A stretch of 63,880 nucleotides of DNA, filler included, from a bacterium (GCA_040757115.1; 5 parts of 5 records of this genome joined end to end with filler, not necessarily neighbours in it), one strand, 5' to 3'. Shown: positions 32,101 through 42,015, counted from the first letter of the whole stretch. Notes: a model not told the origin generated them from the letters alone. Translations and numbers: made by a program.

Positions 32101-32492
32101 GGAAGTTAGGTGATAAAAGTGCCCTCCCACAACTTATTCCTTTGTTGAGTGATGATGAGTGGTATGTTCGTTCTGCCGCAGCAGAGGCAATAGGGAAGTT
32201 AGGGGATAAAAGTGCCCTCCCACAACTTATTCCTTTGTTGAGTGATGCTGATGGGTATGTTTGTTCTGCCGCAGCAAGGGCAATAGGGGAGTTGGGTGAT
32301 AAAAGTGTCCTCCCAAAACTTATTCTTTTGTTGAAAGATGCTAAGTGGGATGTTCGTTCTGCCGCAGCAAGGGCAATAGGGAAGTTGGGTGATAAAAGTG
32401 CCCTCCCACAACTTATTCCTTTGTTGAATGATGCTAAGTGGGATGTTCGTTCTGCCGCAGCAGAGGCAATCTGGAATCTCTCGCTGGTCTAA
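29190..32492 (+). CDS. NLR-like STAND protein: class III nucleotide-cyclase-like domain + NACHT NTPase + HEAT repeats
   Basis: VTIALFKFDMAKST, KDGATVYF, IRIGIG; GDPGSGKTT, FLFDGLDE, IITSR, NPLLLT, FIHQTFQEYL; 10.5 HEAT repeats; AGGAG RBS before MEWYE. Confidence 0.88.
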   Translation: MEWYERLDGWNKINEGDLVTIALFKFDMAKSTQLGKQLGAEENRDCLKKYHDLVEYILTGFNIAPQPFEFQKDGATVYFLGENAVSEAVRAGKKLLSEIRRTLEYEVHIRIGIGVDDVYFKKRLGEISSHQFDLGGHSEKVCPIDSLVLTEEAYLDLDRLDKGLASEFGFLGTTLEDKSPLFVYPKTRQINKPAEFFKPEDDPYCIKARLINYYNTPSFCQFRFVGIRQFEKVGLALEIRKAYVLLKARAWKEREEIDESRKMKDEREREERERRPFLSEKTYRETPIPLDGLLKKDKNIILLGDPGSGKTTFLRWLSLMFIDGVRNIKRHLGIEESLIPLFISVGRFFNLRSENPNLGLLNLLSLYFCPYGCEGLEKMLEPRLNDGQVIFLFDGLDELPSANEREIARNLVELYTSQYSKNRFIITSRIVGYPGLSIPNSREYCLEGLDEDEATKLAFAFYFSLAIKDEEKKPRAKELAEEKSHILISSLKERENLLAFLQNPLLLTLSAICHTNLGKLPKYRVRLYEVATQTLVDAWANARRPESITEREHIDYEAEGLRVLPAIALWMHQEKPAGLVREDELIEKIKALLGKGEFDAKEFMRRLEAAGSLLINRGENQYGFIHQTFQEYLVAKQMVKSVKDSWEDYISEFLYNPRYEEIWRLIAGEIGIIEGSGEKASLYIKKIYEDTDDINAQILKKNLLLSAKALSDTVSYDEELNNGIVSDLFNACIKDEPPPPREQLFLAIRQLKGREEGERLCGLLVDRLKDFDRDVRSAAAEAIGNLGDKSALPQLIPLLSDAVGYVRSASAEAIGMLGDKSALPQLIPLLSDANWFVRSAAVEAIGKLGDKSALPQLIPLLSDAEWDVVRSAAAEAIGKLGDKSVLPKLIPLLNDADGYVCSAAARAIGELGDKSVLPKLILLLKDAKWDVRSAAARAIGNVRDKSVLPQLIPLLSDADGYVRSAAARAIGKLGDKSALPQLIPLLSDDEWYVRSAAAEAIGKLGDKSALPQLIPLLSDADGYVCSAAARAIGELGDKSVLPKLILLLKDAKWDVRSAAARAIGKLGDKSALPQLIPLLNDAKWDVRSAAAEAIWNLSLV
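31503..32480 (+). repeat. Coding tandem array of ~10.5 near-identical 93-bp HEAT units
   Basis: GTTCGTTCTGCCGCAGCA...GATAAAAGTGCCCTCCCACAACTTATTCCTTTGTTG repeated with 93-bp period (one 96-bp unit). Confidence 0.95.
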
Positions 32493-32723
32493 TTCCAGGT
32501 TCATAAGAAGCGGAAATTTTCCTTATAGGGCTATTAACTGGAAGTCTACATAGGATAATACCCATAAATAAGGCATGAGAATAATCGTTCCGTTAGGAAC
32601 ATAATATCGGTAGGAATAGATAGACAAACCAATCAGTTCCGTAGATGGTAGAAAATTTATGGAAAACCATTTACCAATATATTGTCCCTATGGGACATTA
32701 ATGAAGGATGAGGTAGAATTTTC

Positions 32724-32977
32724 GTAACCGTTCAGATAGTAATTCACCGCAGAGACGCAGAGGAACAGAGAAGAAATTGAAATAAATCAGACAACAGAAA
32801 AGATTATTGAGGCAATTATTGTCCTACATAGGACCTCAAAACCAAATTTGTTAATCAATCATGATATGTCGGTTTTCAAAAGCTTGCTCTGATGAAAATC
32901 CGTGATGGAATGAGGCATGTGGTAAATAGTTTTTAATTTTTTCTCTGCGTCTCTGTGTCTCTGCGGTGAACGGTTAC
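32724..32977 (+). mobile_element. Family C element with degenerate GxxExxY remnant
   Basis: TIRs and CCGCAGAGACGCAGAG arms; EINQTTEKII; no TSD. Confidence 0.82.
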
Positions 32978-33014
32978 TGGTCAACAATACATATTATACG
33001 AGGAGGTAAAAGGT

Positions 33015-33701
33015 ATGAAAAAAATAATTGTATGTGGATTGCTTGTTCTGAGTTTATCAGGATGCATGGGAACAAAAGAAAAACCTGTTACGACTGAAGA
33101 AATTACTATGGCAGAATCAGGAATTAGTTCGTCAGGTAAATTGGAGTTTTCTAACGAAGAAGAGGTAAAAGGGTTGGAAATGAAGTCTGAAGAAAGTAAG
33201 AAGGAAATGGAAGAAATAGGGGTTATTGAGACTAAGTTTGGTAAAATGACTATCAGATTTTTCCCGCAAGATGCACCAGGTCATGTAGAAAACTTTAAAA
33301 AATTGGCTAAAGGAAGGTTTTACAATGAAACAACATTTCATCGGGTCATACCAGGGTTTATGATTCAAGGCGGAGACCCAAATAGTAAAGATGATGACCG
33401 AACTAATGATGGTATGGGTGGACCAGGTTATACAATTAAGGCAGAATTTAATAGCCTATCTCACAAAAGAGGTATCGTTTCTATGGCACGCAGTGCTCAT
33501 CCGGATAGTGCCGGGTCTCAATTCTTTATCTGTGTTGCCCCAGCGACTTTCTTAGATGGACAATATACAGTATTTGGAGAGGTAATAAATGGGATGGATG
33601 TTGCGGATAAGATTGTCAATGTCCCACGGGATAGCAATGATAACCCAATAGAAAAAATACCAATGACCGTATCGATTATCAGTGTAAGCGTTCAGCCATA
33701 G
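33015..33701 (+). CDS. Cyclophilin-type peptidyl-prolyl isomerase, lipoprotein
   Basis: LSGC lipobox; FHRVIPGFMIQGGDP, SMAR, SAGSQFFI, LDGQYTVFG. Confidence 0.93.
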   Translation: MKKIIVCGLLVLSLSGCMGTKEKPVTTEEITMAESGISSSGKLEFSNEEEVKGLEMKSEESKKEMEEIGVIETKFGKMTIRFFPQDAPGHVENFKKLAKGRFYNETTFHRVIPGFMIQGGDPNSKDDDRTNDGMGGPGYTIKAEFNSLSHKRGIVSMARSAHPDSAGSQFFICVAPATFLDGQYTVFGEVINGMDVADKIVNVPRDSNDNPIEKIPMTVSIISVSVQP

Positions 33702-33923
33702 AGGCACAGAGTTCACAGAGAATTAAGGAAATTAGCCATAAATGGACACGAATTAACCTCTGACATCCCATAAATGTAGTACGAACCTTTAGGTTCGTCT
33801 TTTGGCTTGCCACAAGCGAAGCTAACGCCTCGCACTACAAATCTTTTTGTATTTGTGTTCATTCGTGGTTATATATTTCCTCTGTGTTCTCTGTGACTCT
33901 GTGGCTATATCCTGAACGGTTAC
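33684..33923. mobile_element. Family D element inserted in the last codons of the PPIase gene
   Basis: TIRs; perfect TSD TTATCAGT. Confidence 0.92.
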
Positions 33924-33937
33924 TTATCAGTAAATAA

Positions 33938-35179
33938 ATGACTTGTGAATTAATTCTTAAAGCAAATTATATATTACCTATATTAAAGCCTTTAATTGAA
34001 GATGGAGCTATTCATATTAAAGATGGCACAATAATTGAATGTGCCAAATTTTCTAAAATCTCAAGTGCAGATAAAAAGATTGTAGAATTAAAGAATGCCT
34101 GTTTATTGCCTGGTTTTGTCAATGCGCATAGTCATCTTGAATTAACCAGTCTAAAAGGTAAAGTTCCGTATAAAGGGTCATTTATTCAATGGATTCGGGA
34201 TATAATTGAAGCAAAAAATGTCTGGAATGAAAAGAATTACATAAGTTCTTTAAAGTTAAGTATTAAACAATTAGTCGAAAGTGGCACAACAACAATTGTA
34301 GATATTACGGCAAGTGGATTATCACCACAAATTTTATTAACCTCTAATTTACGAGGTAGAATTTATAAAGAGATAACTGGCTTTAAATTTGATTCAGTAA
34401 GTCAAATTATTACAGACTTAAAAAAATATCTATCAAATTTATCCCCAACAAATTTAATTGACTTTGGTGTAGCTCCACATGCACCTTATTCAGTTAGTCC
34501 AAAGTTACTTACAGAATTACTTAGTCTATCCAGAAATAATAACTTACCTCTGTCTATTCATCTATCTGAGGATAAAACAGAACTAAAATTTCTTATGAAA
34601 GGTAAAGGTGAAATAATAAATTTATTAAAAGAATTAAATGTTTGGGAAGATGAATGGAAGCAACCAGGACTGTCTTCAGTAAAATATTTAGATTCCATAG
34701 GGATATTGAATTCAAATATTATTGCTGTGCATCTAAATTGCATTAATGAAGAAGATTTAGAGATTTTAAAAAAAAGAAGGGTAGGAGTAGTTCATTGTCC
34801 TAAAAGTCATAAATTTTTTCAACGAGATGACTTCCCTATTCAAAAATTAATAGATAAAGGGATTATAATTGCTTTAGGAACAGATTCATTAGCCAGTAAT
34901 GATTCATTAAATATGTTAGAGGAAATAAAGGAATTAAAAAGAAGATATAAAACCCTTTCTGCCGAAGGAATTCTTGAATTAGCTACGATAAATGGAGCAA
35001 AGATATTGGGACTTATGGATAAGATTGGAACTTTGCAACCAGGTAAAAAAGCGGATATAATTGCCTTGAGACTGCCTGAAGATTTAACTAAAGAGAAATT
35101 ATATGAATTTATAGTAACAAATGCAAAAAAGGTTATATTAAATATGGTAGATGGGAACTTCTTAAGATTTGAAGTTTAG
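33938..35179 (+). CDS. Metal-dependent amidohydrolase (MtaD/aminodeoxyfutalosine deaminase-like)
   Basis: PGFVNAHSHLE, APHAPYS, IHLSE, ALGTDS.ASN. Confidence 0.85.
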   Translation: MTCELILKANYILPILKPLIEDGAIHIKDGTIIECAKFSKISSADKKIVELKNACLLPGFVNAHSHLELTSLKGKVPYKGSFIQWIRDIIEAKNVWNEKNYISSLKLSIKQLVESGTTTIVDITASGLSPQILLTSNLRGRIYKEITGFKFDSVSQIITDLKKYLSNLSPTNLIDFGVAPHAPYSVSPKLLTELLSLSRNNNLPLSIHLSEDKTELKFLMKGKGEIINLLKELNVWEDEWKQPGLSSVKYLDSIGILNSNIIAVHLNCINEEDLEILKKRRVGVVHCPKSHKFFQRDDFPIQKLIDKGIIIALGTDSLASNDSLNMLEEIKELKRRYKTLSAEGILELATINGAKILGLMDKIGTLQPGKKADIIALRLPEDLTKEKLYEFIVTNAKKVILNMVDGNFLRFEV

Positions 35180-35269
35180 AAGTTATAAAGTTCTTAAGTT
35201 AAAAATTGGTAACTGGTAATTAGTGATTGGTAACTAATTATCAGTTACTAATTACTAAAGGTCCGTAAA

Positions 35270-36088
35270 ATGAAAATAGCCATAAGTGGTAAAGGAGGCG
35301 TTGGCAAAACAACATTAAGTGTTTTGTTAGCCTCATTGTATGTTGAAGAAGGAAAAAAAACCTTATTAGTCGATGCAGACCCGGATAGTAATTTAGCCGC
35401 TTGTCTTGGACTTTCACAAGAAATAGTCAATCAAATTACGCCTATTTCTAAAATGAAAGCACTTATTGAAGAACGCACCGGGGCAAAATTAGACCAGACA
35501 GGAACTTTATTTAAAATAAACCCCCAGGTAAATGATATTCCTGATAGATTTAGTCTAAATTTTAATGGGATTAAACTTTTAATTATGGGGACTGTTGAAA
35601 AAGGTAAATCTGGTTGTATGTGTCCGGCTAATACCCTTCTTAAAAATTTAATGAAAGAACTCTTAGTTAAAAAAGATGAGGTAGTTATTTTAGACATGGA
35701 GGCAGGAATTGAACATTTAGGCAGAGCGACGGCAGGTAATGTTGATGTATTTTTAGTCGTAGTAGAACCTGGACTTAGAAGTATTCACACCGCTAAAAAT
35801 ATTCAAAGATTAGCCAGAGATATTGGAATTAAAAATGTCCTGATTGTGAGCAATAAGGTAAGAAATGAACAGGATTACAGTATCATCACCCAGGAGGTAA
35901 AACCTCTTGAAATTATTGGTTCTATTTCATATCATGAAGAATTAATCAAAGCCGACCTCATGGGAAAAGGTATATTACCTATCCCAAATCCAAAAATTAA
36001 AGAAGAGATAGAAAATATAAAGTATATGATAAAAAGAAGTGAAGAAAGAGGAGAAGAGAGTAACGGTAAAGATGGGATACAATTTTAG
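35270..36088 (+). CDS. cooC: CO dehydrogenase/ACS nickel-insertion ATPase (CooC/AcsF family)
   Basis: SGKGGVGKTT, DADPDSNL, GCMCP, DMEAGIEHLGR. Confidence 0.92.
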   Translation: MKIAISGKGGVGKTTLSVLLASLYVEEGKKTLLVDADPDSNLAACLGLSQEIVNQITPISKMKALIEERTGAKLDQTGTLFKINPQVNDIPDRFSLNFNGIKLLIMGTVEKGKSGCMCPANTLLKNLMKELLVKKDEVVILDMEAGIEHLGRATAGNVDVFLVVVEPGLRSIHTAKNIQRLARDIGIKNVLIVSNKVRNEQDYSIITQEVKPLEIIGSISYHEELIKADLMGKGILPIPNPKIKEEIENIKYMIKRSEERGEESNGKDGIQF

Positions 36089-36485
36089 TAGCTGTTCACC
36101 GCACAGACACAGAGACGCAGAGAAAAAAATTAAAATCTATTCACCAGAGACAGAAATTTCCTTTTTTTGTGTGCCTTTCGGGTCTTTCGTTGTTTATTAA
36201 TCTTCTAATACTTACTTTTAACTAACTGTTTTTAAGCCTTTTTAAACACCGAAAAACGCGATAAACACGAAAAAAAAGTAACCGTTCACCGCAGAGACAC
36301 AGAGACGCAGAGAAAAAATTAAAATTTATTGATAACTATTCAGCCACAGATGGACACAGATGAAACACTGATTTTATTTTTTATCCGTGCTAATCCGTGT
36401 TAATCAGTGGCTGAATAGTTACTTTATTTCTATGTTTTCTCTGTTCCTCTGCGTCTCTGCGGTAAAGGATTACTTGAACGGTTAC
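36088..36485. mobile_element. Composite family C element (second C end at 36278, mini-B at 36332-36422)
   Basis: Outer TIRs; perfect TSD CAATTTTA. Confidence 0.88.
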
Positions 36486-36490
36486 CAATT

Positions 36491-37999
36491 TTATTCTTCT
36501 TGAACGACTCTGAGAACCTCCTCTACGGTAGTTACTCCTCTTTGCACCTTTTGAAAACCATCTTCTTGCATAGTTTTCATTCCTGATTTAATAGCAAGTT
36601 CTTTTATTTTATGAGCATTAGTCTTTTGGAGTATTAATTCTTGTAATTCATCATTTATCAGCAGTAATTCAAATATACCTATTCTTCCTTTAAAGGCAGA
36701 GTAATTGCACTTTTCACAACCACGTCCTTTAAGAAGTGTTTTTGAATGAAACTCTTTGACTAATTCTGGAGCAGGGAGATATTCTTCCCTGCACTCCGGG
36801 CAAATAAGTCGAACAAGCCGCTGGGCTAATATTCCAATTACCGACGAGGAAATCAGAAAATCCTCAACTCCCATATCATGGAGTCGGGTAATAGCACTTG
36901 CGGCATCATTGGTATGTAATGTTGAGAAAACTAAATGGCCCGTCAAAGCCGCCTGAACAGCTACCTCAGCCGTCTCTAAATCCCTTATCTCACCAACCAT
37001 CATAATATCCGGGTCTTGCCTTAACATTGACCGCAATCCTTGAGCAAACCCAAAGTTTATTTTAGGTTTTACCTGCAATTGATTTATTCGCTTTATTTGA
37101 TACTCAACCGGGTCTTCAATGGTAATAATTTTTTTCTCAGTTGAATTAATGCGGTTTAATGTCGCATACAGGGTTGTGGTTTTACCTGAACCAGTAGGAC
37201 CTGTAACTAAAATAATTCCATTTGGTCTATGGATTAATTTTTTAAATTGTTCAAGTATTGTTTCCTCAAATCCTAAGTCTTCTAATTCCAATAAAATACT
37301 TTCTTTTTCAAGTATTCTAAGAACTAAACTTTCGCCATAGAGTGTAGGTAATGTTGCGACACGAATATCAATTTGTTTGCCACCAACCTTAAGTTGTATT
37401 CGACCGTCTTGTGGTAATCTTCGTTCTGCAATGTTCATCTCAGCCATAAGTTTGATTCTTGAGATAATAGCCGGATAAAGCCATTTAGGTGGAGGAGCGG
37501 TATCATACAACACACCATCTATTCTATATCTCACCACCATTTCATCTTCAAAACATTCAATATGAATATCACTGGCTCTTTTTTTAATTGCCTCCATGAT
37601 GATTAAGTTGACTAATTTAATCACCGGTGCCTCATGAGCCAAACTCTCTAAATCAGCAGTTGTTTCTTTATCCTGGTCACTAATTTTCTTCTCTTTAATC
37701 CCGGAGATAATATCTTCAACGGTCTGTGCACCTGTTCCATAATATTTTTGTAATGCCTGGTCTATCTCATCTTGTGAACTAAACACTACTTCTATTTTAC
37801 ATCCTAATAAAAGTCCAATATCATCAAGGATATGAATTTCTAATGGGTCTGCGGTAGCAATAGTCAAAGTGTTATTATCCATTTTAATCGGGATTAGTCG
37901 ATACCTATTGACAAATTTTGCCGGTAATTTTTTAATTACTTCTTGAGGAATCTCAAGACTTAAAATATTTACTATTGGAATTTCATGTGTCAAATTCAT
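36491..37999 (-). CDS. gspE: Type II secretion/type IV pilus ATPase (GspE/PilB family)
   Basis: ASDIHIE, RRLPQDG, GPTGSGKTT, LRQDPD, TGHLVFSTLHTN, Zn motif. Confidence 0.92.
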   Translation of the reverse strand: MNLTHEIPIVNILSLEIPQEVIKKLPAKFVNRYRLIPIKMDNNTLTIATADPLEIHILDDIGLLLGCKIEVVFSSQDEIDQALQKYYGTGAQTVEDIISGIKEKKISDQDKETTADLESLAHEAPVIKLVNLIIMEAIKKRASDIHIECFEDEMVVRYRIDGVLYDTAPPPKWLYPAIISRIKLMAEMNIAERRLPQDGRIQLKVGGKQIDIRVATLPTLYGESLVLRILEKESILLELEDLGFEETILEQFKKLIHRPNGIILVTGPTGSGKTTTLYATLNRINSTEKKIITIEDPVEYQIKRINQLQVKPKINFGFAQGLRSMLRQDPDIMMVGEIRDLETAEVAVQAALTGHLVFSTLHTNDAASAITRLHDMGVEDFLISSSVIGILAQRLVRLICPECREEYLPAPELVKEFHSKTLLKGRGCEKCNYSAFKGRIGIFELLLINDELQELILQKTNAHKIKELAIKSGMKTMQEDGFQKVQRGVTTVEEVLRVVQEE

Positions 38000-38021
38000 T
38001 CTAAACCTTCTTTAAAAAATT

Positions 38022-38293
38022 GTAAGCGTTCAGGCTACACATCCGGTGTGTAAAAAGGGGGATAAAGAGATAAGGGAGATGTGGAGATTATAAATTAAAA
38101 GATTATGGTTATGAAGTTGGTATGGAAGCCTGCTCCTGACAGGCTCAGGAATTAGGTCAAGATGGTTCTAACTTCATAACCACTAAACCAAACCAGCCTC
38201 CTAACCCTAACCCTTTCACCAAGAACTCCTAAATATATCCTCTTATCTCCATAATCTCCATATCTCCTTTTCTTACACTACCTGAACGCTTAC
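38022..38293. mobile_element. Family A' element (A-type outer arms, different core)
   Basis: TIRs; TSD AAAAAATT; related to 50029-50265. Confidence 0.88.
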
Positions 38294-38399
38294 AAAAAAT
38301 TTTTCTTGCTAATATAGCCTGATAATATTATAATATATTCAGGTGGTTATTGTCAACCACCTTTTGCAGAAAATTAAAAGTAGTAACAAGAGGTGAATA

Positions 38400-39608
38400 A
38401 TGAAAATAGCGTATTTTGATTGTTTTTCTGGGATTAGTGGAGATATGATTTTGGGGGCTCTGGTTGATGCTGGATTGAATTTTGAGGATTTAAGAAACGA
38501 ACTAAAAAAGATACCAGTAGCCGACTACGAAATCAAATATGAAAAGATGATTAAAAAAGGTATTGCTTGCACAAAAGTAGATGTAATTACTGCGAGTGAA
38601 ATTGGCTCACCAGCAGAAATGATTGAATTGGTGGAAAAAAGCACATTAGAAGATGATATGAAACAGAAATCCAAAAAAATTCTCTATCGAATGGGAGAGG
38701 TTGAGGCGAAAGTTCATAGCATCTTAAAATCCAAAATAGAAGATGTGCATTTTCACGAGTTAAATTCTGTTGACACAATCATTGATGTTGTTGGAGCAGT
38801 TATTGGATTTAAAAAATTATGTATTGATGAAATTTATTCATCTCCTTTAAATGTGGGCAGTGGCATAATAAAAACTAAACATGGCATTCTTCCTGCACCT
38901 GGACCGGCGACTTGTGAATTGCTAAGAGGTATTCCTGTGTATTCAAGTGGAATAAAAGCCGAACTTACGACACCAACGGGTGCGGCAATTATCACAACAT
39001 TAGCTACTGGATTTGGTCATTTACCCGCAATGAAGATTGAGACAATTGGCTATGGAAGTGGGAATTTTGAACTCGAGCAACAGAGTAATTTACTTAGAGT
39101 CCTAATCGGTGAATCTCAAAAAGATGAGTGTGAATCTGATATAATCTCTTTAATTGAAACAAATATTGATGATTTAAACCCACAGATTTATGAATATTGT
39201 TTTGAGCGATTATTTGAGGCAGGGGCATTGGATATTTATTTGACCCCAATTATAATGAAAAAGAACCGTTCTGGGATAATTTTATCAATCATTGCCCCGC
39301 TGGATAAAGTGGATGAACTGATTAATATCGTTTTTAAGGAAACAACTTCTATTGGTATCCGATTGCAGGAGATAAGACGGAAAAAAATCAAAAGGGAAAT
39401 AATAGAAATAGAGACGGAATTAGGCAAGATGAAGGTCAAGAAAGTCATTTTTGAAGGCAAGGTTGAAATTATTCCTGAATATGAATCGTGCAAAAAGATT
39501 GCTATAGAAAAAGGAATTCCTTTAAAAAAAGTTTATTCAATAATAAACTCATCTGCAGATACGGGAAAGTATGGGACGCAAATAAACGCAGATTATCAGG
39601 ATTTTTAA
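38400..39608 (+). CDS. larC: Nickel-pincer cofactor biosynthesis protein
   Basis: YFDCFSGISGDM.LGAL, HFHE, ELTTPTGAA, ETNIDD, MKKNR, PEYE. Confidence 0.93.
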   Translation: MKIAYFDCFSGISGDMILGALVDAGLNFEDLRNELKKIPVADYEIKYEKMIKKGIACTKVDVITASEIGSPAEMIELVEKSTLEDDMKQKSKKILYRMGEVEAKVHSILKSKIEDVHFHELNSVDTIIDVVGAVIGFKKLCIDEIYSSPLNVGSGIIKTKHGILPAPGPATCELLRGIPVYSSGIKAELTTPTGAAIITTLATGFGHLPAMKIETIGYGSGNFELEQQSNLLRVLIGESQKDECESDIISLIETNIDDLNPQIYEYCFERLFEAGALDIYLTPIIMKKNRSGIILSIIAPLDKVDELINIVFKETTSIGIRLQEIRRKKIKREIIEIETELGKMKVKKVIFEGKVEIIPEYESCKKIAIEKGIPLKKVYSIINSSADTGKYGTQINADYQDF

Positions 39609-39881
39609 ATATACATCCTGATAATCTACGAAAATCTGCGTCCCATAACCTATTTTCAGGAGAAACGGACATGAGCCAAGGCTCACAAAGGGCAATGAAA
39701 ATGGGAGAAGGACAACCCCCTAACCCCCTTTATTAAGGGGGAATTGCTGAGAGTTTCTTTCTTCCCGAGTCCCNNNNNNNNNNNNNNNNNNNNNNNNNNN
39801 NNNNNNNNNNNNNNNNNTTAATTAATTAANNNNNNNNNNNNNNNNNNNNNNNNNNNNNNNNNNNNNNNNNNNNAAATTCTA

Positions 39882-39910
39882 TTGACACAATAATATTTTT
39901 ATGATATAAT
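39882..39910 (+). promoter_or_regulatory. Sigma70-type promoter for leuC
   Basis: TTGACA-17 bp-TATAAT, 7 nt before the ATG. Confidence 0.75.
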
Positions 39911-39917
39911 AAATTTA

Positions 39918-41174
39918 ATGGGGAAAACTATTGTTGAGAAGATATTAGGTGCGCATGTAAATAAAGAGGTTTGCGGCACAGATTTGATTGAGGCAAAGGT
40001 AGATGTCTGTCTGGGGAATGACATCACCGCACCTTTAGCCATAGTTGAATTTGAAAAATTGGGCATTAATTCTTTATTTGACCCGGAGAAGGTAGTTTTG
40101 GTTCTTGACCATTTTGTCCCAAATAAGGATGTAAATTCTGCCCAACAATGTAAATTTGTGCGTCAATTTGCCAAAAAATATCAAGTAAAAAACTTCTTTG
40201 ATGTTGGGAAAATGGGGATTGAACATGCCCTGCTCCCGGAACAAGGATTAGTTCTCCCCGGAGATGTCATTATTGGTGCTGATTCCCATACCTGCACCTA
40301 TGGTGCTTTAGGAGCTTTTTCAACCGGCGTCGGAAGCACTGATTTAGCCGCGGTTTTTGCCACAGGTGAAATCTGGCTCAAAGTCCCTCAAACAATTAAA
40401 TTTATATATTATGGAAAATTAAACCCCTGGGTGAGCGGCAAAGATTTAATACTTCACACGATTGGCGACATAGGTGTAGATGGGGCAAATAATATGGCAA
40501 TGGAATTTGCCGGTGAGGTGATTTCTAATTTGCCTATGGATAGCAGATTGACGATGGCTAATATGGCTATTGAGGCCGGGGCTAAATGTGGAATTATAGA
40601 ACCTGATGAAATTACCCTTGAATATGTTAAACCACGCGCTAAACGAGAATTTAAAATTTATAAAAGTGATACGGATGCAGAATATAAAGAGATTAGAGAA
40701 TATGATTGTCGCCAACTCGAACCACAAGTCGCCTTTCCTCATTTACCTTCTAATACCAGACCTATCAGTGCGGTGGGTAACATAGAGATAACGCAGGTAG
40801 TCATAGGTTCTTGCACTAATGGTCGAATAGAAGATTTACGAATAGCAGGGCAAATCCTGAAGGGCAAAAAGATTCATAAAGATGTTCGATTAATTATCAT
40901 CCCGGGGACACAACAAATCTACCTTCAATCTTTAAAAGAAGGTTTAATTGAGATATTTATCGAGGCAGGAGGTGTGGTCAGCACACCAACTTGCGGTCCC
41001 TGTCTTGGCGGATATATGGGGATACTGGCATCAGGCGAACGGTGTCTTGCCACAACTAACCGCAATTTTGTCGGCAGAATGGGACATAAAGAAAGTGAGG
41101 TATATTTAACCAACCCTGCCATCGCCGCCGCCTCGGCAATTCGTGGTAAAATTACCTCTCCTGATGAAACTTAG
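39918..41174 (+). CDS. leuC: 3-isopropylmalate dehydratase large subunit (LeuC type 2/HacA family)
   Basis: [37 protein letters not shown]. Confidence 0.95.
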   Translation: MGKTIVEKILGAHVNKEVCGTDLIEAKVDVCLGNDITAPLAIVEFEKLGINSLFDPEKVVLVLDHFVPNKDVNSAQQCKFVRQFAKKYQVKNFFDVGKMGIEHALLPEQGLVLPGDVIIGADSHTCTYGALGAFSTGVGSTDLAAVFATGEIWLKVPQTIKFIYYGKLNPWVSGKDLILHTIGDIGVDGANNMAMEFAGEVISNLPMDSRLTMANMAIEAGAKCGIIEPDEITLEYVKPRAKREFKIYKSDTDAEYKEIREYDCRQLEPQVAFPHLPSNTRPISAVGNIEITQVVIGSCTNGRIEDLRIAGQILKGKKIHKDVRLIIIPGTQQIYLQSLKEGLIEIFIEAGGVVSTPTCGPCLGGYMGILASGERCLATTNRNFVGRMGHKESEVYLTNPAIAAASAIRGKITSPDET

Positions 41175-41236
41175 AACTTCACGAAATTAAAAAGAGGTAT
41201 GAAATGGAAAAACTAATGGACAGACCAAAAATAATT

Positions 41237-41474
41237 GTAACCGTTCAGGCTATATATCAAAAGTGTAAGAAAGGGGATAAGGAGATAAGAGTGATATGGA
41301 GATAAGATAATAGAAATAGATTGAAATTTATAGAAATAGGTAGAAATTGATTGTGGAAAACAACAAATTTCCATAAATTTCTATTAGTTTCTACTAATTT
41401 CAATTTTTTTTAATAATATCTCCCTATCTCCTTAATCTCCACATCTCCTTTTGTTACACCACCTGAACGCTTAC
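41237..41474 (+). mobile_element. Family A element (complete, 238 bp)
   Basis: GTAACCGTTCAG...CTGAACGCTTAC; flanks do not match (no TSD). Confidence 0.9.
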
Positions 41475-41550
41475 GAAAAGTTTTGTATGATTAAAGGGTA
41501 ACTAATTACCAGTTACCAATCACCAAACATTTAAGGGGGGAAATGAAAAA

Positions 41551-41967
41551 ATGGATAAAGATAAAGGGAAAAAGAAGATTGCTGTGATTGACGACAATAC
41601 ATCATTTGTGGAGGTTTTAAGCAGATTTTTAGACCTGAAAAATTTTGAAGTGCTTCGTGCTTACAATGGCAAAGAAGGGATAAAAGTCGCCTCAAAACAT
41701 ACTCCTCACCTGATTTTATTAGATATAATGATGCCAGGATTATCGGGATATGAAGTCTGTGAAAGACTTAAAAGGATTGAAAAGACTAAAAATATACCAA
41801 TTATCTTCGTAACGGTCAGGTCAAGACCAGAAGATATTAAAAGAGGTTATGAATCAGGTGCGGTAGATTATATCACTAAACCCTTTAATTATCCAGAATT
41901 AATGGAAAAGATAAATAAAATAATATGTTTAGATGACGGAACACAGTTATATATGATATTTATTTAA
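41551..41967 (+). CDS. Single-domain response regulator (receiver)
   Basis: VIDDN, LLDIMMP, GAVDYITKPF. Confidence 0.9.
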   Translation: MDKDKGKKKIAVIDDNTSFVEVLSRFLDLKNFEVLRAYNGKEGIKVASKHTPHLILLDIMMPGLSGYEVCERLKRIEKTKNIPIIFVTVRSRPEDIKRGYESGAVDYITKPFNYPELMEKINKIICLDDGTQLYMIFI

Positions 41968-42015
41968 TAGAGGAGTGATAGTAAGGTATATAGCTTCTGT
42001 AAAGAGGAAAATAAG

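Noticed and set aside
31503-32480. Regularly spaced repeats as a CRISPR array
   Set aside because: In-frame 93-bp coding repeats with no unique spacers
27597-32492. Classical integron
   Set aside because: No IntI and no canonical RYYYAAC/GTTRRRY attC architecture; only an analogy is proposed
31617-32504. Cys-rich antisense ORFs over the HEAT array
   Set aside because: Shadow frames of the coding repeat
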